This document shows positions 63,598 through 64,000 of a DNA stretch of 64,000 nucleotides, one piece after another; within the stretch, counting starts at the first letter, position 1; each line of letters begins with the position of its first letter. The stretch comes from Negaprion brevirostris (taxonomy: Eukaryota). The DNA lies in NCBI GenBank assembly GCA_030324005.1, contig JARDVH010000193.1, forward strand, positions 83,492,325 through 83,556,324, read 5' to 3'. Position numbers and translations under genes: made by a program. The notes under the pieces were generated by a model. The model was not told the origin of the DNA. It saw only the letters and a list, made by a program, of their open reading frames with translations, and ran no database searches.

Positions 63598-63940
63598 GGG
63601 GAGGAGGTGTAAGGGCAATCTTACAAGTAATCCCGAAACCCAAGTTAATGCTCTCAAATGCTATCGTGGCACTTTGTAAAATTTAAGTCAGTTAACAATC
63701 TGGAATTGAAAGTTAGTGTCAGTAATGGTGATCACACACAACTATCATTAACTGTTGTAAAAACCCATCTGTTTCATGAATGCCTGATAAGAAAGGGAAT
63801 ATGCTGTCCTTAACTGGATTGGCTCACACAATGCTACCTGCCCTCTAAAATAGCAAGCCAGTTCTTCAAATTAGGGATATGTAGTCAAATGCTAGCCTTG
63901 CCAGTAATGCTCACATCCTACGAAAGAATAAAGAAAAAAT
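63598..63940 (+). mobile_element. SINE-B
   Basis: AGTAATCC..AACCC head, GTTGTAAAAACCCATCTG body, AAATGCTAGCCTTGCCAG..TGCTCACATCC tail and A-run. Confidence 0.75.
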
Positions 63941-64000
63941 GTGGAGACACTAGGGTAGTATTTTTCTCCTTATGGCACAGATGTTGAGGGAGGGGTTTAA

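Overview
Repeat-dense, CpG-poor vertebrate genomic DNA with many N-gaps. The repeat content (HE1-type V-SINEs, CR1 LINEs, a Deu-domain SINE) points to an elasmobranch, most likely a shark; this is inference from recalled family sequences. No intact cellular protein-coding gene is recognisable, so the window is probably intronic or intergenic. The ORFs I could assign are decayed transposon pieces: CR1, RTE and Rex1/Babar LINEs, Gypsy gag/RNase H/integrase, a Harbinger transposase and a Tigger/pogo transposase. There are many Harbinger-type MITEs with 3-bp TSDs, and Penelope-like remnants carrying minimal hammerhead ribozyme motifs. The most unusual items are: (1) a ~300-bp structured, poly(A)-tailed element containing two U2 snRNA 5' fragments (40893-41188); (2) a LINE whose 5' end appears to be the tRNA-like head and body of a SINE that also shares its 3' tail; (3) an apparently intact minimal hammerhead (25155-25191, minus); (4) a MITE containing a copy of its own flanking Gypsy gag sequence. 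All family names come from motif recognition, not database searches, and boundaries are approximate unless TSDs are given.
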